Source of the DNA: a virus
Taxonomy: Duplodnaviria > Heunggongvirae > Uroviricota > Caudoviricetes
Length of the DNA stretch: 64,000 nucleotides
Direction: 5' to 3' (one strand)
Virus record (IMG/VR): IMGVR_UViG_3300031992_000020
Shown: positions 61,774 through 64,000 of the stretch, one piece after another
Layout of the letters: each line of letters begins with the position of its first letter
How positions within the stretch are numbered: position 1 is the stretch's first letter
The notes under the pieces: generated by a model
Databases searched by the model: none
What the model saw: only the letters and a program-made list of their open reading frames with translations
What the model was told of the DNA's origin: nothing
Translations under genes and position numbers: made by a program

Positions 61774-61847
61774 TGGAGCGCCATGTGGGAATTGAACCCA
61801 CACATACTGCTTGGAAGGCAGTCATACTACCATTATACGAATGGCGC
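61774..61847 (-). tRNA. tRNA-Gly(TCC)
   Basis: acceptor GCGCCAT/ATGGCGC, loop CTTCCAA, CCA encoded. Confidence 0.75.
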
Positions 61848-61849
61848 AC

Positions 61850-62090
61850 GTGGCGTAAAACCCCAAACTAGCCATCATCGCGTCCGGCCGGACCGCATGT
61901 TTTCTGCCTTGAACGGACCGCGCCGTAGGCAAGGAAGAGGGACCCAGGGCATTGCACCCAGCCCATGGTAGTTTTTAGACTTGCTGGTCATGGTAGGGGA
62001 TCTTTTATTATTCCTTTGGTACCCAGGCATCCCGCATTGTACCAAGATCGTGCTCATTAAACACAACCCTCGGGCCTTAAACCCATGTGG
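61850..62090 (-). ncRNA. GC-rich structured non-coding island
   Basis: about 240 nt, GC-rich, no credible ORF, between tRNA-Ile and tRNA-Gly. Confidence 0.25.
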
Positions 62091-62164
62091 TCGGGTATTC
62101 TGGAATCGAACCAGAAGCCTCTCGCTTATCAGGCGAGTGCGCTAACCTATTGCGCCAATACCCG
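62091..62164 (-). tRNA. tRNA-Ile(GAT)
   Basis: acceptor CGGGTAT/ATACCCG, loop CTGATAA. Confidence 0.75.
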
Positions 62165-62373
62165 GAAGCTTCCCCTGTGTCACACTATATATCGTAACGC
62201 ACCACAGGGAGTACGGCCACATTTAATAACGTATACATTCTAACGTGGTGTATCACTCTTTGGGCATCATTTGGCCCTTGACATCATCCCTTGCCGGCTA
62301 TCGTTTCACCAACAGGGGCGTGATACTAACCGCCACCTTTCCGTGCCTTGTAGCCACAGCCATATCAGGTGGA

Positions 62374-62571
62374 TTAGTTATTTTTAATTTGATTGATATA
62401 GTCTTTCATAAAAGGAAGAAATAATTCATCTTCTGCATAAAAAGCATCTTTATCAGAGTTCCATGCGCTTAGAATATTATCTATTAGCTGTCCAAAACGC
62501 CAGTCTGGCACTTGATGCCAAATTGCTTTGAGTGCATCACAAAACTCATCAATGCGATTTGGATCTCTCAT
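62374..62571 (-). CDS. hypothetical protein
   Basis: RBS AGGAAAGGAAG then ATG (MRDPNR..). Confidence 0.35.
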   Translation of the reverse strand: MRDPNRIDEFCDALKAIWHQVPDWRFGQLIDNILSAWNSDKDAFYAEDELFLPFMKDYINQIKNN

Positions 62572-62606
62572 AGTTTTACTTCCTTTCCTGTTGCTATATA
62601 ATTTGG

Positions 62607-62679
62607 TGCCAGAGATTGGAGTCGAACCAATCAATAGCTGATTTTCAGTCAGCGGACTTCACCGGTTGTCTACTCTGGC
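62607..62679 (-). tRNA. tRNA-Phe(GAA)
   Basis: acceptor GCCAGAG/CTCTGGC, loop CTGAAAA. Confidence 0.8.
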
Positions 62680-62700
62680 ATAACAAGACGGACTTATAAA

Positions 62701-62757
62701 CGTGCTCTACCAACTGAGCTACTTCCCCATAGTGGGGAAGATTGGATTCGAACCAAT
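62701..62757 (-). ncRNA. third permuted-like tRNA module: T arm plus acceptor strand CTTCCCC, then ACTAT, then canonical 5-prime half GGGGAAG TA GCTCAGTTGGTAGAGC
   Basis: acceptor strands pair 7 of 7 Watson-Crick; the 5-prime half lies downstream of the 3-prime half; flanking 7-bp complement AAGACGG/CCGTCTT. Confidence 0.4.
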
Positions 62758-62807
62758 GCACCGTGCTCCTCAATGCAAAAAGAATAATTGCTGACCCGTC
62801 TTTAAAA

Positions 62808-62883
62808 TGGCGGTCCCAGTAGGGTTCGAACCTACGACCTTCTGATTAACAGTCAGCTGCTCTACCACCCGAGCTCTAGGACC
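62808..62883 (-). tRNA. tRNA-Asn(GTT)
   Basis: loop CTGTTAA, CCA encoded. Confidence 0.75.
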
Positions 62884-62886
62884 AAA

Positions 62887-62964
62887 TGGCGATGCATACG
62901 GGACTTGAACCCGTGATCTCCAGCGTGACAGGCTGGCGCTTTGAACCAACTAAGCTAATGCACC
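62887..62964 (-). tRNA. tRNA-Asp(GTC)
   Basis: acceptor GGTGCAT/ATGCATC, loop CTGTCAC, CCA encoded. Confidence 0.75.
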
Positions 62965-63195
62965 ATGTAATGGGCCATATTTAGGTGCGGCCCAAGCACC
63001 GCGTGTATGAGTTTTACTTCTTCATACCGAAGGGAGCTTGTTTTCAACTCGACTCTTGTTGGCACAAGTCTAAGCCTCACCCCTGCCGTCGTCGCTCACG
63101 AGACGCACTATTACAAGCTCCCTTAGGCGGTAATAGTGCCGCTGGACCTCAACCAGCCGGTCATATCCTGTCAATTCAGGCTTTATGGGGTTGAA
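62965..63195 (-). ncRNA. GC-rich structured non-coding island (12-bp stem aagggagcttgt/acaagctccctt enclosing about 75 nt)
   Basis: no ORF; long-range inverted repeats. Confidence 0.3.
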
Positions 63196-63270
63196 TGGTA
63201 CCCTGTGCGAGAGTTGAACTCGCGTCTACAGCTTGAAGGGCTGTCGGCCTAACCGTTAGCCTAAAAGGGC
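63196..63270 (-). tRNA. tRNA-Glu(TTC), C33 in the loop
   Basis: loop CCTTCAA; one acceptor mismatch; CCA encoded. Confidence 0.6.
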
Positions 63271-63299
63271 ATATAAGGCGATAGACTATTGCGAACTTG

Positions 63300-63790
63300 C
63301 GGCCTATCAGCGCGACACCTTTAATTTCTACTGCGCAGGTCATGTATCTGCGCTGGTTTGCATTTCAGTTACCTTACGCCGCGGTTATCTCCGCGGAGCC
63401 ACTCAGCCAGATTTGCGCTGGCTTCACGCACCTTGCGAGTGGAATAATCGGCCTACACTGTGTGACGGGAGCAGTTGATGAAGCTGCTTTGAGTTTCCAG
63501 TTTAGGGAGCTACCCTAAGAGCTGTCCAGGACTACCTATCCATTTCCTAAGCCTTCCCGTTTTTCAGCCAACGCACGTTTGAGGACTTGCCTGACTACCA
63601 AGTCTGCAGCAGTTAGCCCCTGCTTGCCGAGACCGCTTACTTTATATACCGCGAACGATGTGCGGTTACCCTTTTTAAAGGTGGCACAGCCCACCGCCCA
63701 CTCTCTTATCTGTTATGGGCTCAGTATACGCTTTTCGGGTGGCCGCCCTCAAGCGAGGCTAGACTCTAAGTGCATCAGGGTTTACAATAC
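63300..63790 (-). ncRNA. large GC-rich non-coding island, roughly 500 nt
   Basis: GC-rich, no convincing ORF on either strand, embedded in the tRNA array. Confidence 0.25.
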
Positions 63791-63833
63791 CGCGCACCCG
63801 CCATCGCCGGGAGTCGAACCCGGGCAGTGCCTT
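63790..63833 (-). pseudogene. tRNA 3-prime fragment (T arm CCGGGTTCGACTCCCGG plus acceptor strand), no proper 5-prime half
   Basis: no D or anticodon arms upstream. Confidence 0.3.
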
Positions 63834-63904
63834 CACCTTTTCGCCCTCACCAGATATTCGCGCTGGCGTTTCCCACGGCACCTAATATTCGGGTGGTGCT
63901 ACCC

Positions 63905-63980
63905 TGGGTGCGGGAGTAGGATTCGAACCTACGACCTTCAGCTTATGAGGCTGACGAGCTACCAACTGCTCCATCCCGCA
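63905..63980 (-). tRNA. tRNA-Met(CAT), second copy (elongator or Ile2-like)
   Basis: acceptor TGCGGGA/TCCCGCA, loop CTCATAA, CCA encoded. Confidence 0.75.
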
Positions 63981-64000
63981 ATATAAGCGACCTCAGCACT

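Overview
This window is an AT-rich bacteriophage segment with strong GGAGG-type Shine-Dalgarno sequences, pointing to a Gram-positive (Firmicutes-type) host. Genes run almost entirely on the minus strand.

Bases 1-46000 carry a nucleotide-metabolism and replication module. It includes anaerobic ribonucleotide reductase (NrdD/NrdG), dUTPase, a ThyX-like thymidylate synthase, a guanylate-kinase-like kinase, DNA polymerase III alpha, a DnaB helicase, primase, a RecJ-like exonuclease, a PIF1/RecD-like helicase, ATP-dependent DNA ligase, both subunits of a type II topoisomerase, RNase H, PhoH2, ClpP, an SPFH protein, phosphatases, a methyltransferase and a TROVE/vWA Ro60-like protein.

Bases 46000-49500 hold a tyrosine recombinase beside a tail-fibre locus whose start-less C-terminal cassettes lie on both strands.

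From about 50600 to 64000 there is a dense minus-strand tRNA array of at least 25 tRNAs. It is interspersed with HNH and GIY-YIG homing endonucleases, a GT2 glycosyltransferase, a secreted vWA protein with a Pro/Thr-repeat region, and a PTH2-type peptidyl-tRNA hydrolase.

The central finding is that TAG never terminates an annotated gene here (TAA and TGA do). TAG instead occurs in-frame inside at least ten otherwise intact genes, several of which only regain their expected domain architecture if TAG is read through. The array also encodes a class-II, long-variable-arm tRNA with a CUA anticodon and a G73 discriminator, which predicts TAG is decoded as serine. Together these indicate amber-codon reassignment with a phage-encoded suppressor.

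Other signals are a repeated consensus sigma70 promoter family (TTGAAA/TTGATT, 17 nt, TATAAT) often fused to a GGGAGA..TTTAAA..TCTCCC terminator hairpin, tRNA-like modules that look circularly permuted or split, several tRNAs with A34 anticodons, GC-rich structured islands inside the array, and an iteron-like non-coding region next to the recombinase. All coordinates were derived by hand and may be off by a few bases.
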